Of a stretch of 64,000 nucleotides of DNA, positions 17,675 to 39,288 are shown piece after piece; the stretch's first letter is position 1, and each line of letters starts with the position of its first letter. The stretch comes from Isoptericola halotolerans (lineage in GTDB: Bacteria; Actinomycetota; Actinomycetes; Actinomycetales; Cellulomonadaceae), in contig NZ_JABEZU010000001.1 in NCBI RefSeq assembly GCF_013149785.1, positions 806,001 to 870,000 on the forward strand, written 5' to 3'. The notes beneath the pieces are model-generated. The model saw only the letters and a program-made list of their open reading frames with translations. It was not told the origin of the DNA and did no database searches. Both the position numbers and the translations under genes were made by a program.

Positions 17675-20230
17675 ATCGACAAGGCGGCGTACGACGCGCG
17701 TCTCCGCGAGGCGCAAGAGCTCAACGCGGCCTCGCAGGTCCGGCGGGCCTCGCGTGCCTACCAGGCACTCCTGCGCGACGTCCTGCCGCTGGAAGCCTCG
17801 ATCCACGGCGACTGGGTCGTCGAGATGCGTGTCCGCGCACTGATCGGTGAGGCGTCGTGCGTCTACGGGCTGACCGGTGACCTGGCCGGCGCGCGGAGGC
17901 TGATCGGTGAGGCGCTCGCCGCCGCACAGGTGCCTGCGCTGGCCGCTGTCGTGCACGCCCAGGACGGGCTGCTGCTGCTGAGGTCCGGCGACGCCGTCGC
18001 GGCGGCGCGGACCTTCGACCGCGCACTGTCGACCGCCGATCCCGAGAACCATCGGGACCTTGCCGTGGTGCACATCAACCGGGGGGCCGCGGCAGGTGAG
18101 ATGGGTGATCTCGACGCGGACCTCCGCCATCACGAGCTGGCGTTGCATCACGCGCGTCGCGCCGGGCACGACCTGTATGCGGCCTTCGCGCTCTTCAACC
18201 TGGGCTTCGGGAACTACCTGCGAGGTGACATCCCCGCGGCCCTGAACCAGATGGAGGAGGCGGCCGCGCTCCAGCCCGGCGGACCTGACGGCTGGTCGGA
18301 GGTGGGCCGTGCGGCGGTCCTGCTCGATGCGGGCCTGGTCACCGACGCCGAGAAGGTGCTGGCCGGCGCGGTCGACCTGCTGACGTCCGAGGACCTGACC
18401 GGGGAGCGGGGCGACGCCGCGCTCGGCCGGGCACAGTGCGCGATCCTGCTGAGGAGGTACGACGAGGCCGTCCGGTGGGCCGACAGGTCGCGCCGCGCGT
18501 TCCTCCTGGTCAGGAACGAGGCCTGGGCGCTGCGCGCCAGCGCGGTCGGGCTCGAGGCACTGCTGGCGGCGGACCGGGACGGAAGGCCCTCCCGCCGTGC
18601 GACCCGGCGCGCTCGTCGGGAACGGTCGTTGGCGCTCGCGGGTGACGCCGAACGTCGCGGACGGGGTGCGGGCGCTGTCGTCGCGGTGACGGGCAGGCTG
18701 CTCGCCGTCGAGTGGTCCCTGCTGGCCGGGGACGTCGGTCGTGCCGGAGAGATCGCCGGGACCCTGCCTCCGCGCCTGAGCGCTGACAACCCGCTCCCGC
18801 TGCGGGTGCACCACCAGTCCGTGCTGGCGCAGGTGGCCTTCGCGCGGGCCGATCGGCGTGCCGGGCTGCGTGCCGTGCGCCGTGGGCAGGAGATCCTGGC
18901 CGACCACCGGGCGCGTGTCGGGTCGGTCGAGGCGGTGGCTGCGGCGGCGGCGCACGGTGGCCGGCTCGCACGGGTGGACGTGGAGGCAGCGCTCGCCACC
19001 GGGCGGGCCCGCGCCGTGTTCGACGCCACCGAACGAGGCCGCGCGGCGTTCGCGGGTGCGGCCCGGGTGCGTCCGCCCGACGACCCCGAGCTCGCCGACC
19101 TCCTGACCCGCGCCCGGCGAGCCGGCGAGGAGGCTCGCGAGCTGGGTGCCAGCCCGGACCCCGCCGACCGGAAGGTCGGTGCTCGGCGGGAGCTCGAGTC
19201 GCGCAAGCTCCAGGAGCGTGCCCGGCGTCGCTCCTGGCGGCTTGCCGGAGCGGGGGAGAGGATGCCGACGGCGGCGACGGCGTCGGCCGTGGTCGAGCGT
19301 CTCCGGTGCGTCGCACCCGACGCCGTGCTCGTCTCCTACCTGCTCACCGACCGCGTCACGGCTCTCCGCGTCGCGTCCGACGGCGTCCGCTCGTCCGAGC
19401 TGTGCCCCGCTCCCGAGGTGCTGGAGCTGGCCCGCCGCGTGGGTCAGGACCTCCAGGTCCTCGCGAACCGGCTCATCCCCGCGCCGTTGCGGGAGATCGC
19501 GGCGACGTCCGCCCGACGGTCTCTCGCCCGGATCGACACGCTGCTGCTGGAGCCGCTCGGCGTCGGCGGGACGCTGCACGTCGCGGCTCGGGGTGCGCTG
19601 CTGGGGATCCCCTGGGCTGCGATGCCCTCCCGGGCCGGCCACGGGACCTGGGTCAACTCGTGGGCCGACCTCGGTTCCGTCGGTCGGCCTGCGGGCGTCG
19701 ACCGGGCGGTCGTCGTCGCCGGTCCGGGACTCGTGGCCGCAGAGGAGGAGGCCCGTCTGGTGGCGGAGGTGTGGGACGACGTCCAGGTGCTCACCGGGCC
19801 GGAGGCGACCTGCGCCGCCACGACGAGGGCATGGGTCGGCGCGGGGGTGGTCCATCTCGCCGCTCACGGGACGCACGAGCCGGACAACCCGTTGTTCTCC
19901 TCCGTCCGCCTCGCGGACGGTGCCCTGTACGCGCACGAGCTGGACGGTGCGGACCTGCGAGGGGCCGTCGTCGTCCTCTCGGCGTGCGAGGTCGGACGGT
20001 CCTCGTCGCGGATCGGTGGCGAGCCGCTCGGCCTGACGAGCGTGCTGCTGCGGCTGGGCGCCCGTGCCGTCGTCGCCGCCGTCGCACCGTTGCGTGACGA
20101 CGTCGCGGCACGGGTGATGCCACGGCTGCACCGGGAGCTGCGCGACGGGGCGGACGCCGCGACCGCCCTGGCTCGTGCCGTCCGGCCCGAGCCCGAACCG
20201 GTCCCGCTGGTCTGCTTCGGTCCGCTGTGA
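17675..20230 (+). CDS. TPR + CHAT (caspase-like) domain protease; start uncertain (ATC 17675 or ATG 17825)
   Basis: TPR-like helices (VHINRG, LFNLGFG); CHAT dyad VHLAAHG and VLSACEVG; DNPLFSSVRLADG. Confidence 0.88.
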   Translation: MDKAAYDARLREAQELNAASQVRRASRAYQALLRDVLPLEASIHGDWVVEMRVRALIGEASCVYGLTGDLAGARRLIGEALAAAQVPALAAVVHAQDGLLLLRSGDAVAAARTFDRALSTADPENHRDLAVVHINRGAAAGEMGDLDADLRHHELALHHARRAGHDLYAAFALFNLGFGNYLRGDIPAALNQMEEAAALQPGGPDGWSEVGRAAVLLDAGLVTDAEKVLAGAVDLLTSEDLTGERGDAALGRAQCAILLRRYDEAVRWADRSRRAFLLVRNEAWALRASAVGLEALLAADRDGRPSRRATRRARRERSLALAGDAERRGRGAGAVVAVTGRLLAVEWSLLAGDVGRAGEIAGTLPPRLSADNPLPLRVHHQSVLAQVAFARADRRAGLRAVRRGQEILADHRARVGSVEAVAAAAAHGGRLARVDVEAALATGRARAVFDATERGRAAFAGAARVRPPDDPELADLLTRARRAGEEARELGASPDPADRKVGARRELESRKLQERARRRSWRLAGAGERMPTAATASAVVERLRCVAPDAVLVSYLLTDRVTALRVASDGVRSSELCPAPEVLELARRVGQDLQVLANRLIPAPLREIAATSARRSLARIDTLLLEPLGVGGTLHVAARGALLGIPWAAMPSRAGHGTWVNSWADLGSVGRPAGVDRAVVVAGPGLVAAEEEARLVAEVWDDVQVLTGPEATCAATTRAWVGAGVVHLAAHGTHEPDNPLFSSVRLADGALYAHELDGADLRGAVVVLSACEVGRSSSRIGGEPLGLTSVLLRLGARAVVAAVAPLRDDVAARVMPRLHRELRDGADAATALARAVRPEPEPVPLVCFGPL

Positions 20231-20291
20231 CGCGCGCCTCCCTCCCCGGGGTGCCGTGACGCCGCCGTCGTCGTGTAGGGTTCTCGGGTAA

Positions 20292-20453
20292 CCCAAGACC
20301 GCCGGTCGTCAGATACTGCCCGGAGCTTGCTCCGAACGGTTGAAGACCGAAGTCCCGCGAAGAGCGGGGTCCTGCGCAGGTGACACGACGACGATCCACA
20401 GTCCTGCTGTGAGCTCCGAGCCCCGTGCGCCTGCGCCGGGGCTCTTTCTCTTT
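20292..20453 (+). promoter_or_regulatory. L10 leader / attenuator
   Basis: AAGACCGCCGG L10-leader-like motif; hairpin gagcccc...ggggctc + TTTCTCTTT; upstream GCGCAGGTG complementary to CGCCTGCGC (antiterminator). Confidence 0.75.
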
Positions 20454-20492
20454 CCCGGGGTGACCGGTGGCTCCACCACCGGAAGGATTGCC

Positions 20493-21023
20493 ATGGCGAG
20501 GCCGGACAAGGCAGCCGCCGTCGCGGAGATCGCGGACAAGTTCCGTGAGACCAACGCGGCCGTGCTGACCGAGTACCGCGGGCTCACCGTCACGCAGCTC
20601 CAGGAGCTGCGACGGTCGCTGCGCGGCAACGCAACCTACGCCGTGGTGAAGAACACGCTGACGACGATCGCGGCCAAGGAGGCGGGTGTCGAGGGTCTCG
20701 ACGCCGACCTCAAGGGCCCCTCTGCGATCGCGTTCGTGACCGGGGACCCGGTCGAGGCCGCCAAGGGCCTGCGTGACTTCGCCAAGGCGAACCCTGCACT
20801 GGTCATCAAGGGCGGTGTCCTCGACGGGAACCCGCTGACCGCTGCGGAGATCACCCAGCTCGCGGACCTCGAGTCCCGCGAGGTTCTCCTGGCCAAGGTG
20901 GCTGGTGGGCTGAAGGCCACGCTGACGCGTGCTGCCTACGCCTTCTCGGCCAAGCCTGCCCAGGTCGCCCGAGTCATCGATGCCCTGCGTCAGAAGCAGG
21001 ACTCGGAGGGCGTCGCCGCCTGA
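20493..21023 (+). CDS. rplJ: 50S ribosomal protein L10
   Basis: [25 protein letters not shown]. Confidence 0.98.
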   Translation: MARPDKAAAVAEIADKFRETNAAVLTEYRGLTVTQLQELRRSLRGNATYAVVKNTLTTIAAKEAGVEGLDADLKGPSAIAFVTGDPVEAAKGLRDFAKANPALVIKGGVLDGNPLTAAEITQLADLESREVLLAKVAGGLKATLTRAAYAFSAKPAQVARVIDALRQKQDSEGVAA

Positions 21024-21107
21024 CCTGGCGGACGCCCTGACACACAACCCCCTGCTTCTGGCGGGCCGGACGGCCCGCGAAGCGCTGATTGAAAGGAACG
21101 CCACATC

Positions 21108-21497
21108 ATGGCGAAGCTCAGCACCGACGAGCTCCTGTCCGCCTTCGAGGAGCTCACCCTCATCGAGCTCTCCGAGTTCGTGAAGGCCTTCGAGGAGAAG
21201 TTCGACGTCACCGCCGCTGCTCCGGTCGCGGTTGCTGCCGCGGGCGGCGCCGCTGGTGGCGCCGAGGCCGAGGCTGCCGAGGAGCAGTCCGAGTTCGACG
21301 TCATCCTCGAGTCGGCCGGCGACAAGAAGATCCAGGTCATCAAGGAGGTGCGCGCGCTCACGTCCCTCGGTCTCAAGGAGGCCAAGGACCTGGTCGACGG
21401 CGCGCCGAAGCCGGTCGTCGAGGGCGTCGACAAGGACGCTGCCGAGAAGGCCAAGGAGGCGCTCGAGGGCGCCGGCGCCACCGTCACCCTCAAGTGA
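21108..21497 (+). CDS. rplL: 50S ribosomal protein L7/L12
   Basis: [31 protein letters not shown]. Confidence 0.98.
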   Translation: MAKLSTDELLSAFEELTLIELSEFVKAFEEKFDVTAAAPVAVAAAGGAAGGAEAEAAEEQSEFDVILESAGDKKIQVIKEVRALTSLGLKEAKDLVDGAPKPVVEGVDKDAAEKAKEALEGAGATVTLK

Positions 21498-21558
21498 GCA
21501 CCGCGGCCTGAGCCGCACTCACGGGTGGCACCGCGACCTGCGTCGCGGCGCCTGATCC

Positions 21559-21599
21559 GCACGAAGGCCCGTCCCCTCTCCGGGGGCGGGCCTTCGTGC
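21559..21599 (+). terminator. Terminator-like hairpin after rplL
   Basis: gcacgaaggcccg...cgggccttcgtgc. Confidence 0.75.
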
Positions 21600-21810
21600 T
21601 GTCCGGGCCTGTCCGTGGCGAGGTCCGTTCATGGGGAAACTGTGAGGAGGCGGGGGAGTGTGAGCAAGGGCTCCGTTCTCTGCCTGGCAACCTCGCCTGT
21701 CGGGCGGTAACGTCGGTGGGTACCGTTTCTTGGGCGGCATATGGCGGCCACCGAGACAACGTCCTCACAACCGACGAAGCCGAGGACGTCTGCTCGCGCG
21801 CCCTCGCGGG

Positions 21811-21839
21811 TGGACACGTCACTCGGCTTCGGCTACGCT
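21811..21839 (+). promoter_or_regulatory. Putative sigmaA promoter of rpoBC
   Basis: TGGACA-17-TACGCT. Confidence 0.6.
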
Positions 21840-22013
21840 AGCGCTTTGCGCTCGCCTGTGCCCTGACGCCCTTTCCCGCTGTCGTCGTCCCGCCCGCTGA
21901 GATCACCGTGGTCACCCTCGGTCCCCTCGCGGCGCGGCCCTTCGCCTGCGGCTCGGCGCCCCGTCGCAGCACGAGCGTACAGCGTGCCATCGAACTGCAG
22001 GGAAGGACCCCTC

Positions 22014-25526
<3,513 letters not shown>

Positions 25527-25582
25527 TCCAGCGACCGGCTGAACGACGGAACATCCGAAAAGTTTTGAGGAAGTAGGACATC

Positions 25583-29464
<3,882 letters not shown>

Positions 29465-29477
29465 TCTCGTTCGGCAC

Positions 29478-29582
29478 GGGGTAGGGGAAGACCCCCGCCG
29501 ATCCGGTCGCGTTCACGGGCGCTGCGCGCCCTCCACTTCGGGAACGCGGACGACCGGATCGACGGGGGTCTTCCCCTACCCC
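29478..29582. repeat. 105-nt hairpin (32-bp stem) after rpoC; terminator and/or REPIN-like element
   Basis: Arms 29478-29509 and 29551-29582 complementary with one mismatch, followed by TTTGT. Confidence 0.75.
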
Positions 29583-29700
29583 TTTGTCGTGTCCTCGCGG
29601 AAGGGTCGCAGGGACGACGACGGCGGTGCCGGCGGTGCCTCGGTGCGGTTTCGTCAGGGCGGGGGCGACGGACGTCACAGGGCGGCCGTCGTCTCGTCCT

Positions 29701-29729
29701 TTGACCACGCTTGCTTCCGCAGGTAGCCT
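29701..29729 (+). promoter_or_regulatory. Putative sigmaA promoter of str operon
   Basis: TTGACC-17-TAGCCT. Confidence 0.65.
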
Positions 29730-30013
29730 AGGAAGCCGTGCCCGTGCCGTCGCGCCGTGCATCCGTCAGTACTCCGGGACCTGTGTCCGGGAACTGTGCG
29801 GAGGCGCCGTTGATGCGTGCACGAGCATCCCGGGGTGACCGCTCGACCCGTTCCGTCAGGACGGGGAGCGGACCCGGGCCATCGAGCCGGTGGTAAGTGG
29901 CGTTGCGGTCCGTGAGGATCGCGGGTGCTGCCTGCGATCGGCACGCACAAGCCAGACAGACCACCGTCGAGGGCCACGAGGCCCTCGTGAGCTCGAGAGA
30001 CGACGGAGACGTA

Positions 30014-30388
30014 GTGCCTACGATCCAGCAGCTCGTCCGCAAGGGCCGGACCTCCAAGGCCGGGAAGTCGAAGACCCCGGCCCTCAAGGGTTCCCCCCAG
30101 CGGCGCGGCGTGTGCACCCGTGTGTACACCACCACCCCCAAGAAGCCGAACTCGGCGCTCCGTAAGGTCGCGCGTGTGAAGCTCTCCTCCGGCATCGAGG
30201 TCACGGCCTACATCCCCGGTGTCGGCCACAACCTCCAGGAGCACTCGATCGTGCTCGTGCGCGGAGGCCGTGTGAAGGACCTTCCCGGCGTCCGCTACAA
30301 GATCGTGCGCGGCGCGCTCGACACCCAGGGTGTCAAGGGCCGTCAGCAGGCGCGTTCCCGGTACGGCGCGAAGAAGGAGAAGGCCTGA
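30014..30388 (+). CDS. rpsL: 30S ribosomal protein S12
   Basis: [28 protein letters not shown]. Confidence 0.99.
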   Translation: MPTIQQLVRKGRTSKAGKSKTPALKGSPQRRGVCTRVYTTTPKKPNSALRKVARVKLSSGIEVTAYIPGVGHNLQEHSIVLVRGGRVKDLPGVRYKIVRGALDTQGVKGRQQARSRYGAKKEKA

Positions 30389-30858
30389 TGCCTCGTAAGG
30401 GTCCGGCCCCCAAGCGGCCGCTCATCGTCGACCCCGTCTACGGGTCGCCCGTCGTGACGCAGCTGATCAACAAGGTCCTGCTCGACGGCAAGAAGTCCAC
30501 CGCGGAGTCCATCGTCTACGGCGCCCTCGAGGGTGTCCGCGACAAGACGGACCAGGACCCGGTCGTCGTGCTCAAGCGCGCGCTGGAGAACATCCGCCCG
30601 GCGCTCGAGGTCCGCTCCCGCCGTGTCGGTGGAGCGACCTACCAGGTGCCGGTCGAGGTCCGTCCGTCGCGCTCGACGACGCTCGCGCTGCGCTGGCTCA
30701 CCGACTTCTCGCGCGCTCGCCGCGAGAAGACGATGACCGAGCGTCTGATGAACGAGATCCTCGACGCCTCGAACGGCCTCGGTGCCGCGGTCAAGCGTCG
30801 CGAGGACATGCACAAGATGGCCGAGTCCAACAAGGCCTTCGCGCACTACCGCTGGTGA
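30388..30858 (+). CDS. rpsG: 30S ribosomal protein S7
   Basis: [23 protein letters not shown]. Confidence 0.99.
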   Translation: MPRKGPAPKRPLIVDPVYGSPVVTQLINKVLLDGKKSTAESIVYGALEGVRDKTDQDPVVVLKRALENIRPALEVRSRRVGGATYQVPVEVRPSRSTTLALRWLTDFSRARREKTMTERLMNEILDASNGLGAAVKRREDMHKMAESNKAFAHYRW

Positions 30859-30972
30859 TGCGCACGGACGACCTCGGGAGCATCCCGGGGTCGTCCGCGG
30901 ATCCGGAGCCGGCCGGAGGCCGGGTCTCCGGCACCGGTTCCCGACGTCCCACTACCCGAGGGGTAAGACACC

Positions 30973-33075
<2,103 letters not shown>

Positions 33076-33201
33076 GTCCCCACAGGTCGAACACCTGCAC
33101 AACCATCAACCTGTAGGAAACCGCAACGCCCCGAGGGTTAGGCTTGATCGGCCGACACTCGCAACGTTCGGAACATCTACCCAAGTCCCAGGAGGACCCC
33201 A

Positions 33202-34398
<1,197 letters not shown>

Positions 34399-34448
34399 TC
34401 TGCTGATCGCTCGATGATCCTGGGGAGCTGAGCTCCACCGGTTCTCTG

Positions 34449-34486
34449 CCCGAGGCCCGGACCCCTTGGTGGGACCGGGCCTCGGG
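34449..34486 (+). terminator. Terminator-like hairpin after tuf
   Basis: cccgaggcccgg / ccgggcctcggg. Confidence 0.7.
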
Positions 34487-34866
34487 TGCGTCCGGGGTCA
34501 CACCCGGACGACTTGGCCTCTTGCACCCTCGTGTGGCAAGATGGTCAAGTTGCCTGTCACGGGCGCGTTCTTTCTCGTGTCGAACAGTGTGTAGCACCGC
34601 GGTGCACGTCACGGCCTCTGGCTGGGACGGCGCCTGGAGCGGACCCCTCCTTCGAGGGGCTCGTGGGGATGCCTGCTGTCGATACGCGGAACGCCCCACG
34701 AGACACATGTCTCGACAGGCTGGACATACGTCGTGGTCCGCGCAGCGGTCCACAATCAACGGCCCCGACGCCGAACAGGCGTGCGCTCGAACATGTCGCA
34801 CTATGCGACACGCCCGAGCGCGGGGGTCGGACAGTAGCGGTTCGAGAGAGAGAGTCAGACGACGCC

Positions 34867-35175
34867 ATGGCGGGACAGAAGATCCGCATCCGGCTCAAGT
34901 CCTACGACCACGAGGTCATCGACAGCTCGGCGCGCAAGATCGTCGACACGGTGACGCGCGCTGGTGCGACGGTCGTGGGTCCGGTGCCGCTGCCGACGGA
35001 GAAGAACGTCTTCACCGTCATCCGGTCGCCTCACAAGTACAAGGACAGCCGTGAGCACTTCGAGATGCGCACGCACAAGCGCCTGATCGACATCATCGAT
35101 CCCACGCCGAAGGCGGTCGACTCGCTCATGCGCATCGACCTGCCGGCTGACGTGAACATCGAGATCAAGCTCTGA
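34867..35175 (+). CDS. rpsJ: 30S ribosomal protein S10
   Basis: [25 protein letters not shown]. Confidence 0.99.
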   Translation: MAGQKIRIRLKSYDHEVIDSSARKIVDTVTRAGATVVGPVPLPTEKNVFTVIRSPHKYKDSREHFEMRTHKRLIDIIDPTPKAVDSLMRIDLPADVNIEIKL

Positions 35176-35186
35176 GGCTGGAGATC

Positions 35187-35840
35187 ATGACCAACCAGCA
35201 GAAGAACATGACCGCGGTGCTCGGCACCAAGCTCGGCATGACGCAGACCTGGGACGACGCGGGCAAGCTCGTTCCCGTCACCGTCGTCGCCGTTCCCACC
35301 AACGTGGTGACGCAGGTCCGTGCCGCGGACTCGGACGGCTACGCGGCCGTCCAGCTCGCCGCCGGCCAGATCGACCCGCGCAAGGTCACGAAGCCGCTCA
35401 AGGGCCACTTCGAGAAGGCCGGCGTCACGCCGCGTCGTCACGTCGTCGAGGTCCGTACCGACGACGCCGGCGAGTACTCGACCGGCCAGGAGATCACCGC
35501 CGAGGCCTTCGAGGCCGGGGCCGTGGTCGACGTCGTCGGCACCACCAAGGGCAAGGGCACCGCCGGTGTGATGAAGCGTCACGGCTTCTCCGGCGTCGGC
35601 GCCTCGCACGGTGCGCACCGCAACCACCGCAAGCCGGGTTCGATCGGCGGCGCCTCCACGCCCTCGCGCGTGTTCAAGGGCATGCGGATGGCCGGTCGCA
35701 TGGGCCACGCCCGCAAGACCGTCCAGAACCTGACCGTCCACGCGGTCGACGCGGAGAAGGGCCTGCTGCTCGTCAAGGGCGCGGTCCCGGGTCCCAAGGG
35801 CGGCATCGTCCTCGTCCGTACCGCCGCGAAGGGAGCCTGA
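35187..35840 (+). CDS. rplC: 50S ribosomal protein L3
   Basis: [29 protein letters not shown]. Confidence 0.99.
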   Translation: MTNQQKNMTAVLGTKLGMTQTWDDAGKLVPVTVVAVPTNVVTQVRAADSDGYAAVQLAAGQIDPRKVTKPLKGHFEKAGVTPRRHVVEVRTDDAGEYSTGQEITAEAFEAGAVVDVVGTTKGKGTAGVMKRHGFSGVGASHGAHRNHRKPGSIGGASTPSRVFKGMRMAGRMGHARKTVQNLTVHAVDAEKGLLLVKGAVPGPKGGIVLVRTAAKGA

Positions 35841-35845
35841 GACAG

Positions 35846-36559
35846 ATGGCCAACCTGAACGTCGACGTGCTCGACGCCACCGGTAAGAAGGCCGGCACCG
35901 CCGAGCTTCCTGCCGAGGTCTTCGACGTCGTCACGAACGTCCCGCTGATCCACCAGGTGGTCGTCGCCCAGCGCGCTGCGGCGCGCCAGGGCACCGCGTC
36001 CACCAAGACGCGCGGCGAGGTTCGCGGCGGCGGTCGCAAGCCGTACAAGCAGAAGGGCACCGGCCGCGCCCGTCAGGGTTCGACCCGCGCCCCGCAGTTC
36101 GCCGGCGGTGGCACCGTCCACGGCCCGCAGCCGCGCAAGTACGACCAGCGCACCCCGAAGAAGATGAAGGCGGCCGCCCTGCGCGGTGCGCTCTCGGACC
36201 GGGCTCGTGCGGGCCGCGTGCACGTGGTGTCGGGCTTCGGCGTCGACGGCGTGCCGTCGACCAAGACCGCGCTCAGCACGCTCGCCACGCTCAGCGACCG
36301 CCGGCACGTGCTGGTCGTCACGGAGCGCACCGACGAGCTGACCATCAAGTCGCTCCGCAACGTCGAGCAGGTCCACCTGCTCACCGCGGACCAGCTCAAC
36401 ACCTACGACGTGCTCGTCTCCGACGACATCGTCTTCACGCAGGGCGCGCTCGACGCGTTCCTGGCGGGCCCGGCCACGGGCAAGCCGGTGAAGGCCGTCG
36501 CCACGGAGAGCGACGTCGAGGCCGAGGCCGCGACGACCACCGAGGAGGCCACCAAGTGA
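35846..36559 (+). CDS. rplD: 50S ribosomal protein L4
   Basis: [15 protein letters not shown]. Confidence 0.99.
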   Translation: MANLNVDVLDATGKKAGTAELPAEVFDVVTNVPLIHQVVVAQRAAARQGTASTKTRGEVRGGGRKPYKQKGTGRARQGSTRAPQFAGGGTVHGPQPRKYDQRTPKKMKAAALRGALSDRARAGRVHVVSGFGVDGVPSTKTALSTLATLSDRRHVLVVTERTDELTIKSLRNVEQVHLLTADQLNTYDVLVSDDIVFTQGALDAFLAGPATGKPVKAVATESDVEAEAATTTEEATK

Positions 36560-36858
36560 CCGCCGTGACGAAGGACCCGCGCGACATCCTGATCGCGCCG
36601 GTCGTCTCCGAGAAGTCCTACAACCTCCTCGACGAGGGCAAGTACACCTTCGTCGTGGACCCGGACGCCAACAAGACCGAGATCAAGATCGCGGTCGAGC
36701 AGGTCTTCGGTGTGAAGGTCGCCTCGGTGAACACGATCAACCGCAAGGGCAAGACGCGTCGCACGCGTTACGGCCTGGGCAAGCGCAAGGACACGAAGCG
36801 TGCGATCGTCACCCTCCGCGAGGGTTCGATCGACATCTTCGGCGGTCCGGTCGGCTGA
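36556..36858 (+). CDS. rplW: 50S ribosomal protein L23
   Basis: PVVSEKS, ANKTEIK, KRAIVTL. Confidence 0.98.
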   Translation: MTAVTKDPRDILIAPVVSEKSYNLLDEGKYTFVVDPDANKTEIKIAVEQVFGVKVASVNTINRKGKTRRTRYGLGKRKDTKRAIVTLREGSIDIFGGPVG

Positions 36859-36889
36859 GCCGGACGAGAGCAGATCGAGGACAACTTCC

Positions 36890-37726
36890 ATGGGAATCCG
36901 TAAGCACAAGCCGACGACGCCCGGCCGCCGAGGCTCGAGCGTTGCCGACTTCGTCGAGATCACGCGCTCCGCGCCGGAGAAGTCGCTGGTTCGTCCGCTG
37001 TCGAAGACTGGCGGCCGCAACAACTCCGGTCGGATCACCACCCGCCACAAGGGTGGTGGCCACAAGCGCGCCTACCGAGTGATCGACTTCCGTCGTCACG
37101 ACAAGGACGGCGTGCCGGCCAAGGTCGCGCACATCGAGTACGACCCGAACCGCACGGCGCGCATCGCGCTGCTGCACTACGCCGACGGCACGAAGCGTTA
37201 CATTGTGGCGCCGAACAAGCTGAAGCAGGGCGACACGGTCGAGGCCGGTCCCGGTGCCGACATCAAGCCCGGCAACAACCTTCCGCTGCGCAACATCCCC
37301 ACGGGTACGGTCATCCACGCTGTCGAGCTCCGGCCCGGCGGCGGCGCGAAGATCGCCCGTTCAGCGGGGGCATCCGTGCAGCTCGTCGCGAAGGACGGTC
37401 CCTACGCCCAGCTGCGTATGCCGTCCGGCGAGATCCGGAACGTCGACCTCCGCTGCCGCGGGACCGTCGGCGAGGTCGGGAACGCCGAGCAGTCGAACAT
37501 CAACTGGGGCAAGGCCGGCCGCAACCGCTGGAAGGGCATCCGCCCGACCGTGCGTGGTGTCGTCATGAACCCGGTCGACCACCCGCACGGTGGTGGTGAG
37601 GGCAAGACCTCCGGTGGCCGTCACCCGGTCAGCCCGTGGGGCCAGCCCGAGGGCCGGACCCGCCGCCCGAACAAGTCGAGCGACCGGATGATCGTCCGCC
37701 GTCGCCGTACCGGCAAGAAGCGCTGA
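36890..37726 (+). CDS. rplB: 50S ribosomal protein L2
   Basis: [25 protein letters not shown]. Confidence 0.99.
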   Translation: MGIRKHKPTTPGRRGSSVADFVEITRSAPEKSLVRPLSKTGGRNNSGRITTRHKGGGHKRAYRVIDFRRHDKDGVPAKVAHIEYDPNRTARIALLHYADGTKRYIVAPNKLKQGDTVEAGPGADIKPGNNLPLRNIPTGTVIHAVELRPGGGAKIARSAGASVQLVAKDGPYAQLRMPSGEIRNVDLRCRGTVGEVGNAEQSNINWGKAGRNRWKGIRPTVRGVVMNPVDHPHGGGEGKTSGGRHPVSPWGQPEGRTRRPNKSSDRMIVRRRRTGKKR

Positions 37727-37740
37727 TAGGAGCCTGACAG

Positions 37741-38022
37741 ATGCCTCGTAGCCTGAAGAAGGGCCCCTTCGTCGACGACCACCTTCAGAAGAAGGTGGAC
37801 GCGCAGAACGAGAAGGGGACCAAGAACGTCATCAAGACCTGGTCCCGCCGGTCGGTCATCACGCCCGACTTCCTCGGTCACACCTTCGCCGTGCACGACG
37901 GGCGGAAGCACACCCCGGTCTTCGTGACCGAGGCCATGGTGGGCCACAAGCTCGGCGAGTTCGCTCCCACGCGGACCTTCCGCGGCCACGTGAAGGACGA
38001 CCGGAAGGGCCGCCGCCGCTGA
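37741..38022 (+). CDS. rpsS: 30S ribosomal protein S19
   Basis: [19 protein letters not shown]. Confidence 0.99.
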   Translation: MPRSLKKGPFVDDHLQKKVDAQNEKGTKNVIKTWSRRSVITPDFLGHTFAVHDGRKHTPVFVTEAMVGHKLGEFAPTRTFRGHVKDDRKGRRR

Positions 38023-38065
38023 GCGGCGCGCCCCTGTCGGTCTGAGAAAAGGAAGCAGGACAGCA

Positions 38066-38434
38066 ATGGAAGCCAAGGCGCAGGCGCGGTTCGTCCGTGT
38101 CACGCCCCAGAAGGCCCGGCGCGTCGTGGACCTCATCCGTGGCAAGCAGGCCGTCGAGGCCGTCGCGGTGCTGAAGTTCGCGCCGCAGGCCGCGAGCGAG
38201 CCGGTCCGCAAGGTCGTCGAGTCCGCTGTGGCGAATGCCCGGGTCAAGGCCGACCGCGCGAGCGAGCGCTTCGACGAGACCGAGTACGTGGTCTCCGAGG
38301 TGTACGTGGACGAGGGGCCGACGCTCAAGCGGTTCCGTCCGCGGGCGCAGGGGCGTGCGAGCCAGATCCTCAAGCGCACCAGCCACATCACCGTGGTCGT
38401 CGCACCGCGTGAGCAGAAGGAAGGGGCCCGATAG
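38066..38434 (+). CDS. rplV: 50S ribosomal protein L22
   Basis: [17 protein letters not shown]. Confidence 0.99.
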   Translation: MEAKAQARFVRVTPQKARRVVDLIRGKQAVEAVAVLKFAPQAASEPVRKVVESAVANARVKADRASERFDETEYVVSEVYVDEGPTLKRFRPRAQGRASQILKRTSHITVVVAPREQKEGAR

Positions 38435-39285
38435 TGGGGCAGAAGATTCACCCGCACGGGTACCGCCTCGGCATCACCACCGACCACCGGTCGCGCTGGT
38501 TCGCCGACAGCACCAAGCCCGGTCAGCGGTACCGCGACTACGTCCGCGAGGACGTCGAGATCCGCAAGCTCATGAGCACGGGTCTCGAGCGTGCCGGCAT
38601 CGCCAAGGTCGAGATCGAGCGCACCCGCGACCGTGTCCGCGTGGACATCCACACGGCGCGTCCGGGCATCGTCATCGGCCGCCGTGGCGCTGAGGCGGAC
38701 CGCATCCGTGGTGAGCTCGAGAAGCTCACGGGCAAGCAGGTCCAGCTCAACATCCTCGAGGTCAAGAACGCCGAGATCGACGCGCAGCTCGTCGCGCAGG
38801 GCATCGCCGAGCAGCTGGCGAGCCGCGTCTCCTTCCGTCGCGCCATGCGCAAGGGCATCCAGTCCGCGCAGCGTGCCGGTGCCAAGGGGATCCGTGTGCA
38901 GGTCGCCGGTCGTCTCGGCGGCGCCGAGATGAGCCGGTCGGAGTTCTACCGCGAAGGCCGTGTGCCGCTGCACACCCTGCGCGCGAACATCGACTACGGC
39001 TTCTTCGAGGCCCGCACGACCTTCGGCCGCATCGGTGTGAAGGTCTGGATCTACAAGGGCGACATGACCGAGAAGGAGTTCGCCGCGCAGCAGGCCGCCG
39101 CCGGTCCGCGCCAGGGCCGCGGCGGAGCCCGCGGTGGCGAGCGCCGTGGCGGTCCTCGCCGCAACGACCGCAACGAGCGTCCGTCGCAGCCGAAGCAGCA
39201 GTCCGCTGCCGAGGCACCCGCCGCGTCCGACGCGCCGGCCCCGGCCGACCAGGCCGCGGCCCCCGAGTCCGGAACGGAGGCCTGA
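38434..39285 (+). CDS. rpsC: 30S ribosomal protein S3
   Basis: [10 protein letters not shown] domain, [10 protein letters not shown]. Confidence 0.99.
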   Translation: MGQKIHPHGYRLGITTDHRSRWFADSTKPGQRYRDYVREDVEIRKLMSTGLERAGIAKVEIERTRDRVRVDIHTARPGIVIGRRGAEADRIRGELEKLTGKQVQLNILEVKNAEIDAQLVAQGIAEQLASRVSFRRAMRKGIQSAQRAGAKGIRVQVAGRLGGAEMSRSEFYREGRVPLHTLRANIDYGFFEARTTFGRIGVKVWIYKGDMTEKEFAAQQAAAGPRQGRGGARGGERRGGPRRNDRNERPSQPKQQSAAEAPAASDAPAPADQAAAPESGTEA

Positions 39286-39288
39286 GTC

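Noticed and set aside
14762..20230. Type III-E CRISPR (Craspase) locus
   Set aside because: No Cas7-11, no array and no recognisable Csx30/Csx31 in the window; the resemblance is architectural only.
30120..30290. Streptomycin-resistance alleles in rpsL
   Set aside because: Both key lysines (PKKPNS, RVKDLP) are present.
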